This document shows positions 1-12,984 of a DNA stretch of 64,000 nucleotides, piece by piece. A program made the translations under genes and the position numbers. Origin of the DNA: Trichoplax sp. H2 (Eukaryota); NCBI GenBank assembly GCA_003344405.1, contig NOWV01000021.1, forward strand, positions 744,001-808,000, in the 5' to 3' direction. The number at the start of each line of letters is the position of its first letter. Position 1 is the first letter of the stretch. The notes below the pieces were generated by a model, which did no database searches, was not told where the DNA came from, and was given only the letters and a program-made list of their open reading frames with translations.

Positions 1-495
1 CTACAATATTATATCTGTACAGTAGTCGTGGCATTGATTTTGCTACCAAGTAATTTCTTGTTCTAACTCCTTATAAAGAGCAATAATTTGCTATTTCAGG
101 ACATTTTAGTTAAATGAATAAAAAATTATAAATGCTCCGCAATTTTTGTCGTAAAAATTTCGCACTTTTAAAACGGGAATACCCGTACTTGCATACAGAG
201 AATTTATCAGTATCTAAAGCCTTATTCCGACACTGATATCATCACAAAATTTGAATATTTCCCATTTTTTTTCCATTACAGTAATTGAGTCTTTCGAAAA
301 TTTTTAAATCGCAAATCTAATAAAAGATCACTTGAAGTAGAATACAAAGCTATACAAAAAAATTCAATAAATTAAGATAATACAAACTAATCGTAATTGA
401 TGCATATCAATATGCTATTGAAACGTAAATTCAGGAATTTATTGTAACTGTTATGGTATCATTCTTAGTAATTATTTTGGGATCATGTAACGGTA

Positions 496-2504
496 CTACT
501 TTTGTTGGGGTGTTTGCCTTCGCAGAATTTCCGAGTATAGTAACAGTCTATATTTCTCAAATTTCTTAATTATATTATCTGTTCTGTATATGAAAAGCCG
601 ATATAACATATTTTCCCAATCATTCAATTCTTCTAGGTCGCACGAATTCCACTAGCAAAATCACAATAAAAATAAGCTTTAGAGTTAGAAAGCTATAGTC
701 AGGAGAGATTACTCAACATAGAGTAGTAATAATACGGAAGCTCACATTTAAAGCTTTGTCATCTGATTGATCGAAATATTCTTTTACCGATTCTGCGACA
801 TCTACATCATAACATTACAAATTCATATTTATTTTTTATGTAAGGCAATCTTTCTTTAATTGCAAATTTCTTTTTCTGAGTAAATAACTGACCTGGATAG
901 GTATTCCGCCAAGGTGGCATTGAAGTTAAGTTAGGCAATTTTTGTTGGTGATATGCTCTAACGGATTTATTTTCAATTCCATTCAAAGTAACACCAGTGA
1001 ATTCCCTTTCTTTTGCAAATTTTTCGCTTTGGTAATGTCGAATATCGCCTAATCGTCGCGAGGCGGAAGATGTTTCGAATAATTCATATGCAGTCAAGGT
1101 CCTTTGTCGAATATTATGTTTTCTACAATTAAGAGAAAAGCTGTAGTCATGTAGTTTCAATAAATATGTAAGATTATGATATAGAATCGAAGCTGCTTTT
1201 ATTATACTCGGATAAAGACAGGATCTTGATATAAAGCAGATAAGCTATAAGCTTATAAGTACTCGTACATAATAAGTAAGCATAGCTGACAGTGGCTTAA
1301 ATGTACTATGATAATTGATACCCTTTCACTGCTTCTTCATACAATAATATCTGGATGCTAAAAGATACTGACTTCTGGATACTTTACGCATATTCTCATA
1401 CAAAGTGGAACTTACGCTTCTAGATTACTACGGTAATTTGAAGAAATAGGTAAGGGACTGCTTCTTTTCCTGTATATTTCTTGATTATTTATTTCTCCAG
1501 TAAATCGCACTGTTTTAAGAATTATACAATACAAAGTAGTCAATAATAATAGTAATATAAGACATAATTACATCTGCTATATTAAGAAAAGCTCGCTAAC
1601 AATATCTAGTATAACAGAATAAGCAGTGATAAATGAAGTACAGGTATACAAATTTGCAATACTAATTAGTTTAGTCATGTTAACCTTGTTCTAAGGGATG
1701 ATTCCAGTGCGTTGTCCTGGTATATTCGCTATAAAAACAATATGCATTTAGTACGCTTGAATTATATATTATGAGAAAAAAAAATGTAATAGGGATACAA
1801 TAATTTGAATTAGCATCAATTCTTTAAGATAAATCCTAACAAGCTGCTGGCTCTCTTCATTATCCATCCAGCTGATTGAGAATAATTGTCATATACTGAA
1901 GCATCACCTATAGTGTTAGGTAAGTTAAATTTAATACAATGTTTGTGATATATTTATTTTATTAATTATAAACACGGTAAGTTCCATTATTTCATATCCT
2001 GTAATCAAGACTCTCAATATACATTAGCATGCATCGGTTGAAGATTCAATTATATACTTGCCACAAAGAAATCGGTTTTTGTTTTCGTGATGGAAACGCA
2101 ATTTATTTCGATAACCTAGCAAATCAGAGTATTTTCTATGGAGATTTTTGCTATCTGGATCTCTGCAACATGAAGCGTTATACAGTATATTTACGATAGT
2201 TTAAATAAGACATCGCGTTACTTGTGTGTTACTGTTGAGTGTTAACATGTTAAAACCTATCGTGCTTTCAAGGAGTGCATAGCTCATACTACCTGTACAC
2301 GGTTCACTAGTACATGTACACTATACTGTATATACAGTACTTGTAGGCAATTATCAGCATGCATTCATGGTAATACCAGTAATGCATTTCTACCCATGGC
2401 TTGGTACATACATACCTATCAATTTCACTTAACCATCTAGATTCTTGAAAGCTTTTACTAGATCGTATCAAATCCTCAGGTCGTTCGATTTTTACCACTG
2501 ACAT
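496..2504 (-). CDS. SAV1: Salvador (SAV1)-like Hippo pathway scaffold, about 290 aa, with a degenerate WW motif and a C-terminal SARAH domain; 9 exons
   Basis: Manually spliced, phase-consistent exons: 2504-2416, 2162-2062 (GC donor), 1907-1841, 1728-1685, 1509-1416, 1357-1322 (least certain), 1122-893, 801-746, 651-496. They encode AGWIMKRASSFEYTRTTHWNHPLEQ (SAV1 WW1 ends ...TNTTHWSHPLE). The C-terminus DVAESVKEYFDQSDDKALNWNSCDLEELNDWENMLYRLFIYRTDNIIKKFEKYRLLLYSEILRR resembles the SAV1 SARAH region (...DHILKWELFQLADLDTYQGMLKLLFMKELEQIVKMYEAYRQALLTELENR). Confidence 0.78.
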
Positions 2505-5500
2505 TTTGCGTTGGCGAGAGCCATATAATGGGGTCTTGGCGTCTAATTAAGCAAGAATTCTACATCCATTACTACATCATGTACTGCAAATTGTGCTGTA
2601 CAGTAAGGTGGTGGAGTAAGTAAACATTCATTATAATATACTGTAGCTAGTAATTTAATGACGGTTAATTACCTAGATTGTAGATTAAGTTCATGCTTAA
2701 ACATGTTAACTGAAGGGGGTCATTTACTGCATTACATTTGTCGAGTCTCATAAGATATTTTTATAAAAAAAGTGGATTAAGAGGGAATTACGTTATGTAA
2801 CAACCCGATTTACAGTTATTAACTCTAGCGTACAGTATCATTGCATCGTACGAAAAAGGAGGTAAAACAAGTGGAGGATGTGTTCGGTTTTTATTATAAC
2901 GTATAGCGAGCGAATGGCGTATTTCGACGCATTTTGGAACATGCTTAGGTTACGTATCCATCAATAGAATATTGTGCAATACAGTAGTATAATTTTGGGT
3001 TAAAATTAATTCATTAATTTAAAAGCCTAATGATTTTCATTTACTGTGGATTGTAGTGCATGAGAATATTAATGTTATAATTTATAAATTGTCATGTCCA
3101 ATACAGAAAAAGGTTAAAACTTGATCAATTGTAACTTTACGTCGTTGTAAAGGTATTAACTTACTGTAATATCATTAATATTAACACACCTTTTTCCATT
3201 TTCGGGCAAGGGTCAGTTTAGCAACTTTGTCGATTAACAGTTAGCATGATCAATTGAACGATCGAACTGCATACAAAACATCTATTGAATTCAATCACGA
3301 AAAAGCTCATGACATTGGTACATTCTTGATTCTTGATGACAAAGTGACAACTACGATAGGCTGAAGGAGCGGTATCAATTACACCACACTGGTTACGGTT
3401 TTTGCTTTTTTAACCTTTTATCAACTGCATTTGCCTGATCAATAGCAATGATTGGAAAACTACGACAATGTAATGGTAACATATTATAAATTCCACAAAT
3501 AACTGTGAAGTTATAAATACAGTAGTTGGATGCCCCTTGTAAATAAATTAATCAATAAATTGGACAACAAAAGAAAGAACAATTCAGACATGGACATACA
3601 TCGCGACATACGCATCCGGCAGGTGCAGTACTGTATTGGATCAAAAATCTTTCTCATAAATAAATGTGAATCACACCATTAACTACTCATGTAGTCGACG
3701 ATCACGCAAACTACTGTACTGTACAATACCTGTATTTTTAATTAAGGTTCTCGTAGGACAGTACTACTGTACTTTTGTAAATACTGCACAGTATTAGAGT
3801 AGCTATAATTTATCGATCTTCATTTGAGGATATAGTCAGTACAACTGTGCAAGGAATGCTGTATACTGTGCTATCATGATTGCGAAGTATTGAATTACTG
3901 CATTAAGGAATTTCCATCATTGTCCATGAATTACTGTATTATGATCATGGTATCCCGCCTGATACAGTGGGTCTGTATTATTAACATTTCAGAATAAAAA
4001 GTGGTTGTAATTGCGAAAAAAAGAAACATTATTATCGTTGTAACCAATTGAATGCATAAAAGTTATTCAATTATCAAAATAAAAATGGTTATGATTTTGT
4101 CAACATAAGCAAGCATCCAACGACCTGGCTACTCGATCGTTCTCATTGGTAGTAATGGTACAGTATATTGTACTGTACTGCCTGTGACAGATCATTGGTA
4201 CAGTACTGTACTGTACTTTACTGTACAGTATTAAATCAATCAATCAATCCCCCAAAAATGTTGATGAAAATGGTTTGCAATACAGTACAGTAAAGTACAG
4301 TAGTAGAACTATACTCAGTAGCATGGACTTGTACAGCAAATGTACTCCAGGGTATCTCGAAGTCCATGTCAGTAGTAATAATAATATGTATGTTATTGGA
4401 TTGGATGAAATACAAGAGCTATCAAATCAAACTGTTTCAACATTAGCTACTAGGAATACACCCACTGGACGTCTATCAACAATCGAGAAAGGAGAGTAAT
4501 CCACTGACGTCAGTCCGTTCATCCTGTACTACAGATCGCAGTACGGACGTACTCGAGTAGCCCGAGGCTGAGGTACGAAAGAATCCCAAGGAGGCCGATC
4601 CCTTTTACCGGTCATTTCAGTCATAGAGTCACTATGAACTGTTCAATGCCTCACTACAGTACGGTAGTACTACCTAGTACTACCAGCGAATTTTTGGGCC
4701 ATTGCCCTGTAAAATGACACCTACAGTACAGTACTGTACAGATCAGAACGGCTTCGAACCGAACCGAACCGTTCCCAGGTCTACGCCTACAGTACGGCTC
4801 AGTGTACTGTACACTGTACAGTACGGTACTGTAGGCAGAGAGTTAACAGTACTCTACTCTAATTACCCATTGGGAAAAGTCTCACCCACTGGCTTACAGA
4901 AGTTCACTACTAACTGGACGTTGCTTGTGTACTTTCCAGCTTGTCATTGCCTTTTTTCCTACGTGCATAACTAATTAGTGTTGAATCTTGCTCGCTACGA
5001 AAATTCAATCACTGAAATTAACCATTAAACGACAGCAGTTATGTCAAGTTGTTAACCTTGGTGGGCTTTATTTTGCCGACTGGATTGAACTGATCCTGCT
5101 ATTGTATGCAATAATCCCAAATTCATGTAAGGCTATATAGAAAAATGGGATTGCAAAAATTGCTAACATTACTTTGACACTGTCTCTCTTACATGCTACT
5201 CTATAGTCTACATGCTGGACGTTTAGATTTGACAGAGTTATACAGTAGTAGCGAAATGAAGAAGAGTCAATTAATTAATTTTAGGACAATGAATTTGTTA
5301 GTATATTCACTTTATTGCAGCTATTACTGGCGTTATTAATATCTTTGAAACCTAAACCCTTTTCAGTAAAATACTGCAGCGCCTTTTACTACAGTATTTG
5401 CAAAGATAGTGGACGTACAGTACAGTAAAAGAAAATGAAAGGAATACTACTAGAAACGCTCTCTTAATTCAATACCATTAGTAGTAGGTGTTGGGATGCA

Positions 5501-6319
5501 ATAGACTGTGCCTAGGAGATAAACTTCTGTTACACTATTGATAGGATAGAAGAAAATGAATCAATCATGATGATAAAATCATTGTTAATCTGTTGTATTT
5601 TTGAAGACATTGATCTTATACATGTACCTGGAGTGAGTTATTCTTCTACATAGCATTGTTGATCTTTGCAAATATACCGCGCTTGTGAATTGACCAACTG
5701 TTTTGTAAACGAACATCATACGTTAAATTAATATTGACGACCAATTAATCCTTTTTATAGACTATGGAGAATGAACTTGAATCTCTACAGTAGACAAAGC
5801 GATAGGTAGATTGATGTTATAAATGACAATTTCTCCTATGCTATACTGTGTACAGTATATCAAGGTACTTTATGTAGTCAAATGCCCAGATCCTATTATA
5901 CAATATAATTGATTAATTAATTATTTTATTGATTATGAACGCTGTACTCGACTGTTGAATGTACAGTATAACAAGAGTAGTGCCAATATTATCATCATTC
6001 TAAGATGCTGATGGGTAGTTGTGCTATTTATTTAAACCATTTAAAATATCATTTTAAAGAAGATATACAGTACATGCGTGTGCCCACAAGCAGATCGCTT
6101 CTCACACTTGATCAGCAAACTATACAGTATACAGTAGTATAGTATAGTACTATAATTCGCATGCGCTTGCCAATTTTGAAGGTAGCATAATATTCAAGTA
6201 AATTTGCTCTACCATGGTACAGTTTACCTTCTAAAATATCCCTTTTACATCTTCTTTTATACTTCAGTAGAAACCAGTGAACGAAAAAAACCTACGCTCA
6301 ATAAATCATTGTGGCCATC

Positions 6320-9300
6320 ATGTACAACGGTTGGGTTTCCGACAGTCAAGAAATTATCAACGACACCAGCTATCTCAGCGTTTTACATACTTTTCCCCTC
6401 AAAGTCAGTAAAGACGTTACAAACGTTCTAGTAACCCAGTTCAATAAAGATCTTTGTGGAAATGTAGAATGCAAGATTTTAACTACCAGTCGCCAAGTTG
6501 ACTGGGCAATGGAAGTTATTTGCTATGGACTAGCCTTGCCGGTAACTGAGAAAGATTCGTTACTATCATGTGTTAGTATCTACTCTGTTTGGCTTAGTGC
6601 TTTAGTGAAGCCAAAATTATCCATTCCTAAACCCGTTCTTAGAGAACCTGAGGTTTATGCAAGGAAAATATTTCAACATTTAAGAAATTTATTTGCACCA
6701 CGCCCTGATGATGCCAACGATCCAATTTTGGTCCATTTTCAGGCTGGCCTTTGCGAAAAGATCCTCAATGATATGTTGACCATTTTGTGTGAGGCAAAAA
6801 AATTAACAAGGCAAACATGGAACGACAGCCTTAAATATTTACTATGGATTACAGATTGTTTATTAGCTCCACCATTGCGAATAGGAAGTTTAGGTGAAAT
6901 GCTATCCCGTAATTTACTTTCTACATTGTTTCGAGTTTGGCTCCTAGCATGTTCTGACTCATTTCCCGAGCCTCCATTATGGAAGGCTTTAAATGATATG
7001 TGTAAACGATGGAGGCATCATGACGTTCTCATTAAACAATGGAATGAATTAAGTTTAACCCTTACTCTACATTTAGATGTATTATTACACGGGAAATTTT
7101 CACATAAGCGTAGCTCCAATTTCGAATCGGATTATTATACCATAATAAGAAGATTATCCAAAAATGAATCTATTCAAAGTTGGTTTCGATTCTTACATAT
7201 TATTGGCAATCCTGTTGAATTAAGTAGCTACGAAATAATTGCTCGAACTCCTAAATTAATGGAAGAGGTGTACAAAAGTGAATTACCGTTAGACTTTAGT
7301 CAAGTTGGGGGCCTTAATAAGCTACCGTTAATATTTTTAATAGTAATGCAGGGATTGTCTAATATTGTAAATATTTTTCTGCGTTGTGAGAGTCGCAGTA
7401 TCTGTCAATTACATAATTTTATTGTAATGACGACCCCAGGATTTCCTACTCGTATTAATGCATTACCATCCAATAAAGATATCATAAGAATATCTGACCC
7501 TACTGAAGGAAATGAGTTGCCAAATCCTGGAAATCTTACAAGTCATTCTGACTCGTTAGTTGCAAGTTTCAATACAAATACAATTGTACACCTTCTTGGG
7601 CAATGGCTATTTGAGGCCTCTCAAATTAAGGTATTCGCTTCGCTTACTACAGTAATGTCCTTTAAATCTGCAGTTTTAGTCCTTACTTTTAAAATAGAAT
7701 ATACTATTTTACTATTTTTCCTTTTAATTACTACCGTTTTCGATTATGCGCGTATAATTACACTCTTACCGAGCTAGTAGCATATATTGGATAGAATCAG
7801 ATCATTGTATTACAAATTGAGAACGTTACATGGTATACGTATCTATGTTGGTTGCAGATTCTTGCAGAAGCTAAAGAATTCGAAGCAGGAAAAGCTGAAG
7901 CTTGTGGTGCATTGTGTCGCTTATTCTCGACGGAAAGATGCGATAAAACATATCGTATAGATTACCTTAGTCGATTTTATAACACCGTTAAACTTGGACT
8001 CCAAATTAACGAGGTAGTGACAGTAATCGTTAGTATTGTTGTAACTACAAAATGATAAGACATACTCTCTCAGTTATAGAGAATTTTTATAATTAAATAT
8101 ATCTCAACTAAGAATTTTTAACTAAATCTTGAACACAATCTTAATTATCTTATTCTTGACGTATTGCTAATTTAATTGTTCGAAGCATTTTTTGCTGTCA
8201 TAAAAAAGTTACCATTTACTGCAACATATGATCCTTACAGGAAGTTAAAACTAGTTGATGACATTTTTAAATGTTTAAAATTTTTACAGGTTACTAAAGG
8301 GCAAACTATGGCTAATATTATTCTCAATTCGGCTAATCTATTTCGATGCGATTTAAAAGGGGTACTTATTCTATTACCTCATTACATTCAAGCACTTGAA
8401 AAAATTCTACCATACAAAGAACCTAAAATAGAGGCCAATGTTCCAAAAGGGGAATTAAGGCGATCAGCTATACACATTCTTCTGTCTATAACATCATTTC
8501 CATTTCATTTTTATGATCTTCCAATTTATGGTGAGATACTAAGATACTTAGGGTTATGTTTGTGATATACAAGCGTTGACTAACCACTAATATATAATCA
8601 ATATTGAATAAAACAATTTGTGCTACGTATTACTTCAGTAAGCTAATTTAATTGATAAAATCTTGTATTAACACTAACAAGTACCTGACTTACTTAAATA
8701 TTATAGACTCATCTCAAGGTGACACGAATAAACAAATGGAAGTTACAGTGTCTTCATTTCGTTTAAGAATTGTTAACCTAATGTTACAAGCTCTACAAAC
8801 TGAGACTGACTCGATTAATACACAAATGCTTCTTGGTGGATTCTTGTTGTTAACCGAAGATACTGTTAGCCATTGCGATCGATGGAACAATACCAAATTT
8901 GACTTAAATCAATTTGCGAAAACTCAAGTTTCAGATGATGTTGTAAGTAGCTAAAAATTATCTAGACAACATTATATTTGAATTAAAATTTTACGGAATT
9001 TTTACTAACTTATCACCGCGTTAGAATTCGACAGGGAGTTTAAATTTCGGGGGAACCGATAGCGTAGATTCCGGTAAACTAAAAGAATTTGATACTATAA
9101 TTTTATTCTTACAAGTAAAGTATCGCTAACTAATGGCTACCTTTGGCATGTGTTTTGAAAGATACTGCTTCATTAAGCACAACATCATCTAATGCACCAT
9201 TAACATCAAGACGTTCGGCATCGATCTTAGCTGAATCCTCCCTGAAGCTACGGTCTAATACGAGAGTTGAAAGCATTTCTTCTATACCTGAACCTGTAGA

Positions 9301-12300
9301 GCTTGTTTTTCCGAAAAGGATCATTCCACCTGAATACGGTAACTAAGAAGCTAGATTATTTACTACGTATTTAATCCATTTCTCTGTGATTTTTAAGATA
9401 AATACCATCATTTCATCTTGATTATCGCAGATCATCCCATAAGCCTTTACTATTTGTGCGTCTTGCTTATTGGGGAAAGATTGGGACCGCTATGGAAAGG
9501 GGATTTTAGCGTAACGTTAATGGCTTTGGATGTTCTATCAAACTTTGCCCATGTCCCTATTACTGCAGGTATAGTACAGTGTTTTTTCCACTACTAGTTG
9601 TTATTTTTTGATTTAAAAATAAGCTTTAATAGTTTGTAAACATAGAACAATAATTTTATGATCATGAAATTGGACTGTAGACGCGCTATCAAGCAAAACG
9701 GTTATTGATCGCCTATGCCAATATATTGAAAGTCAAATTAGACGCCCACCTCGATACCAATCGCGTGATTTACATTCCATGATTGTAGCATCATTTTCAT
9801 GCCTCTTAAGTTGGATATCATGTCACAACCAACTGATGGAAGACAAGGTCCAGATAACTACTTTATGTTTAAAGGATGATTATTATTGAAACTCTTTTCA
9901 TAATGCCTACTCGGATATAAATTTTATTTTATGTTTAGGAATGCTTAAAAACTGTTCTAGCTGTTGTTGAACAAGGTATTGCTGGAATAGTTGCCGAGGT
10001 TTGTTAATACAATTTAATTGTCTTAAGTTTATATGATTACATATAAGCAGTACTGATACATCAATTATTCCGTGAAGGAGGAACTAAGTCATGCTGGACA
10101 AGATATTCTAAAAGGTATAAAATTTTTACTAATTACTTTATGGTTATCTATAGATGCATTTGTACATGATTTAAGTCATACGTTTTTAAAATGGTTATGA
10201 AATCAAAAAATTTCTAGGGAACAAGATGAGAAAGCCGGCCTCAGGACGAGTGAGAGAAGCAGCAGAGAGCGTTTTTTTCTACTTACTTAATCATCTGGTA
10301 AAATTTATTGTATCTAACGGATTTATTACTGTCACAACATTTATATTTTGGTACCTAAATTTTTTAATTTAGAATGCCTTTCCATCTCCTTGTGGCCCAT
10401 CTACTACTTCTTCGCTACTGAGTGAAGAAAATATATTAGATTTCGTAAACAACCTGCAACAGACTAAAGGAACTAAATCTGCATCGGAAATTAATGTTAA
10501 TAAAGATGATATTAAATATTACGCTTTACATAAGAATACAATCATAGGATTACTAGAAGTAAATTTTGAAGACGATGGAGGTACCGTATTATTCTTTACA
10601 CTTGCTCTTCTCGCTGGTTTCTTCAAAAATTTTGAGATTCGTCACATATTTATACTGTCATTATTCATGTCATATTTATGAACAGTTCCTCCAACAGTTA
10701 TTATCATTGTACGAAATGCAACGGGAAAGTATGCATGGACAACGCAGCTAAGACATCTCGCATTTGAAGATTCGGTATTTATGTATAACTTTAACAAATA
10801 TAATAAAGTAAAATAAATTGACTCTGTAGAGATCAGTTGGCTGTTTTATTAAAAATTTTACAATATTAAAACTTAGCCCAAAAGCTAATGTTGTTTTACT
10901 TGCCATAAATCTTATTTAACTTCATAGAGATTAGCAGCTAGCAATTTGCGTTATATTAGTAGACCTTCTCCAATGGATAGTTTAGGTTCTCCTGACACCA
11001 TTCAACACAGTTATTTTCCAAGTGATATCGAACGGGCACCCAAAACGGATTGGTGAGAGTTTTTATGCACTTAACATGTGAATGAGTAATGTGGTAATTT
11101 GGTATCCTTTAATCTAATGTACAGAATGACAATTTCTAGTTCGAATAGTATTCCTCCTTTAGAGACTGTAGCGGATGCTAAGACTGCTCCAAATCAAGCC
11201 CGGTTCAAAAAATTGCTATTTGATCAAGCAGAAATCGAGGAAGACTATATTGATAAGATTCTGCAAACTGACAATGACATCCCGTATCCAAAAGACAATA
11301 TCGAAGCTAAACAGCCAAAGTTAGTTCATTGCACGAACACACTATATTTATCAAGCTATTCATCATTAATTATGCTTAAATATGCATTACTCTACTACTA
11401 ATCATTTATACTGTAGACCTCAAAAATATTTTAAAGCAGGAAGAATGCTACTAACTCAGTTAGGGTTTCTAAATCTTGATATTCTACAAGTATGGGATCC
11501 TTATCTCAAATTTTAAATATTTAATCGAATACTTTGAAATTTTTCCGTCGGCTCACACAATTTCATTACGATTAGGCTAATCCCGATAAATTCTTGGAAT
11601 CTGATGAGTCCTTGAAATCTCTTGTACAGCTGAATGCCTCGGATGATTATAATCGTGAACTGCAAATTTTAGATAGTCTTCCGTGCCGTATTCACGAAGT
11701 GGTATATACGCTCTATGTCAAAAGTGGCCAAAAAAATTTGGGTGACATCGTTCGTAATATGGTAAATTTGCTTAGCTAAACTTTTTAATCGTTACTATTA
11801 ACTAGTATTCGGAAAGGTAGCAATGCAATATCTACTATGTTTTTGTACAGGATAATATGAATGATCTCAACAAAGATTTCATCAAATTTGTTCATTCTCT
11901 GGGGTGGTCGATGGATCAAAATACTTATCCGAATTGGCGTATTGATGTTTATTCTAAAAAGCCATTTAGTCGGCAATGCAGTTTATCCGATGAACGATCA
12001 CTTTACAAGGAAGAGATAGAAACATCTGATATGACAGATAACGCCAAAGAGACGTCCGATTTTAAGAAACTTAGTAGGAACTCGATGTTTTACTATGGGG
12101 ACGCGATATCTGAAATTGCCATTGTCCTTGTGGGGGCTAATATTTGTCCGAAATTTAGAGCTGTAGATATGAGCTCAGTAGAACTAGGCCATGCTTCTAA
12201 AAAACTCATAGAGATGGCACCTTTAGCTGAAATCGAAAGCTTGACTCCGTTAAAGAAACGAAGGCCAGTTCTATCTAGAGATACATCTAGGGGAAAATTA

Positions 12301-12984
12301 AATCGGCCAAATGCCACTAGTCAAGTAACCGATCATGAAACTATCATAGTTTGGCTTGAAAAATTTGAAGATTATCTAACCTATCCTATAGAAGAAACCT
12401 TGCGCGAACTAGGTATCGCTAGCCATCAAGCTGATGGAACCCGGCGTGGAAGCTCTAGTAACATGAATAACAAAGGAGTTGAGTGGGAAACTACCATTAT
12501 TTTCGTTTATCCTTTGCAAAATGGCCTTTATCGAATTCATCTGACATTGACCTCAGTATCGAAGTTAGTAAAATTGCGTGCTATTCTTGTAATTGATATG
12601 TTAGCTAAGTATTATCTTAACGCTATAATGTATTCTAAATTTTATTAATAAATAAATTTATTTAGGGGTGGCATAGCGGGTCCATTAATTCATGGCATGG
12701 CTGTTAGCAAAAATGTTTTAGGAAAACTTACTAGGCAGACTATACATAATATTGCCAACAGACAACGCCTTGAAGTAGAATCGTGAGTATGGCCCTAGTG
12801 GTCAGAAAGTAATATATACATGCACGAATGTATTCAATTACAAACATATGTAAAAATATAACTTTTTCCGATACGTTCTAGAGCAAGCTCACCTTTTTTG
12901 ATCCGAAGAAATAAGATACAAGAAATTGTAAAAAAGCATCAGACTAAAGTAAATTTTCCGGATTATTACGTATCATCCTTCTAA
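6320..12984 (+). CDS. RALGAPB: Ral GTPase-activating protein subunit beta (multi-exon)
   Basis: The N-terminus MYNGWVSDSQEIINDTSYLSVLHTFP resembles RALGAPB MYSEW...SVLHSYP. Internal motifs include QVDWAMEVICYGL, QSWFRFLHIIGNP, LLGQWLFEA, FEAGKAEACGALCRLF, SRDLHSMIVA and GPLIHGMAVSK. The last exon ends ...IRRNKIQEIV...FPDYYVSSF* at 12984. The first coding exon (6320-7630) is preceded by an acceptor at about 6267, implying a 5' UTR intron. Confidence 0.93.

Noticed and set aside
1783..1797. Intronic sequence reading YPYYI on the - strand, resembling the missing WW beta-strand of SAV1
   Set aside because: It has no flanking AG/GT sites and stop codons separate it from the upstream exon, so it is probably coincidence.
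4535..4605. Scattered words resembling U4 snRNA (+ strand) or the U11 5' end (- strand)
   Set aside because: The U6-pairing sequence and spacing do not match U4, and there is no Sm site on the - strand. It is kept only as a generic ncRNA candidate.
5347..5362. CCTAAACCCT, a telomerase-template-like word
   Set aside because: It corresponds to TTTAGGG rather than animal TTAGGG, is too short to be significant, and has no supporting structure that I could see.
11101..11112. GTATCCTTT inside a RALGAPB intron as a U12 donor
   Set aside because: It lies near the acceptor end of an intron that begins GTGAGA and does not follow a coding exon.
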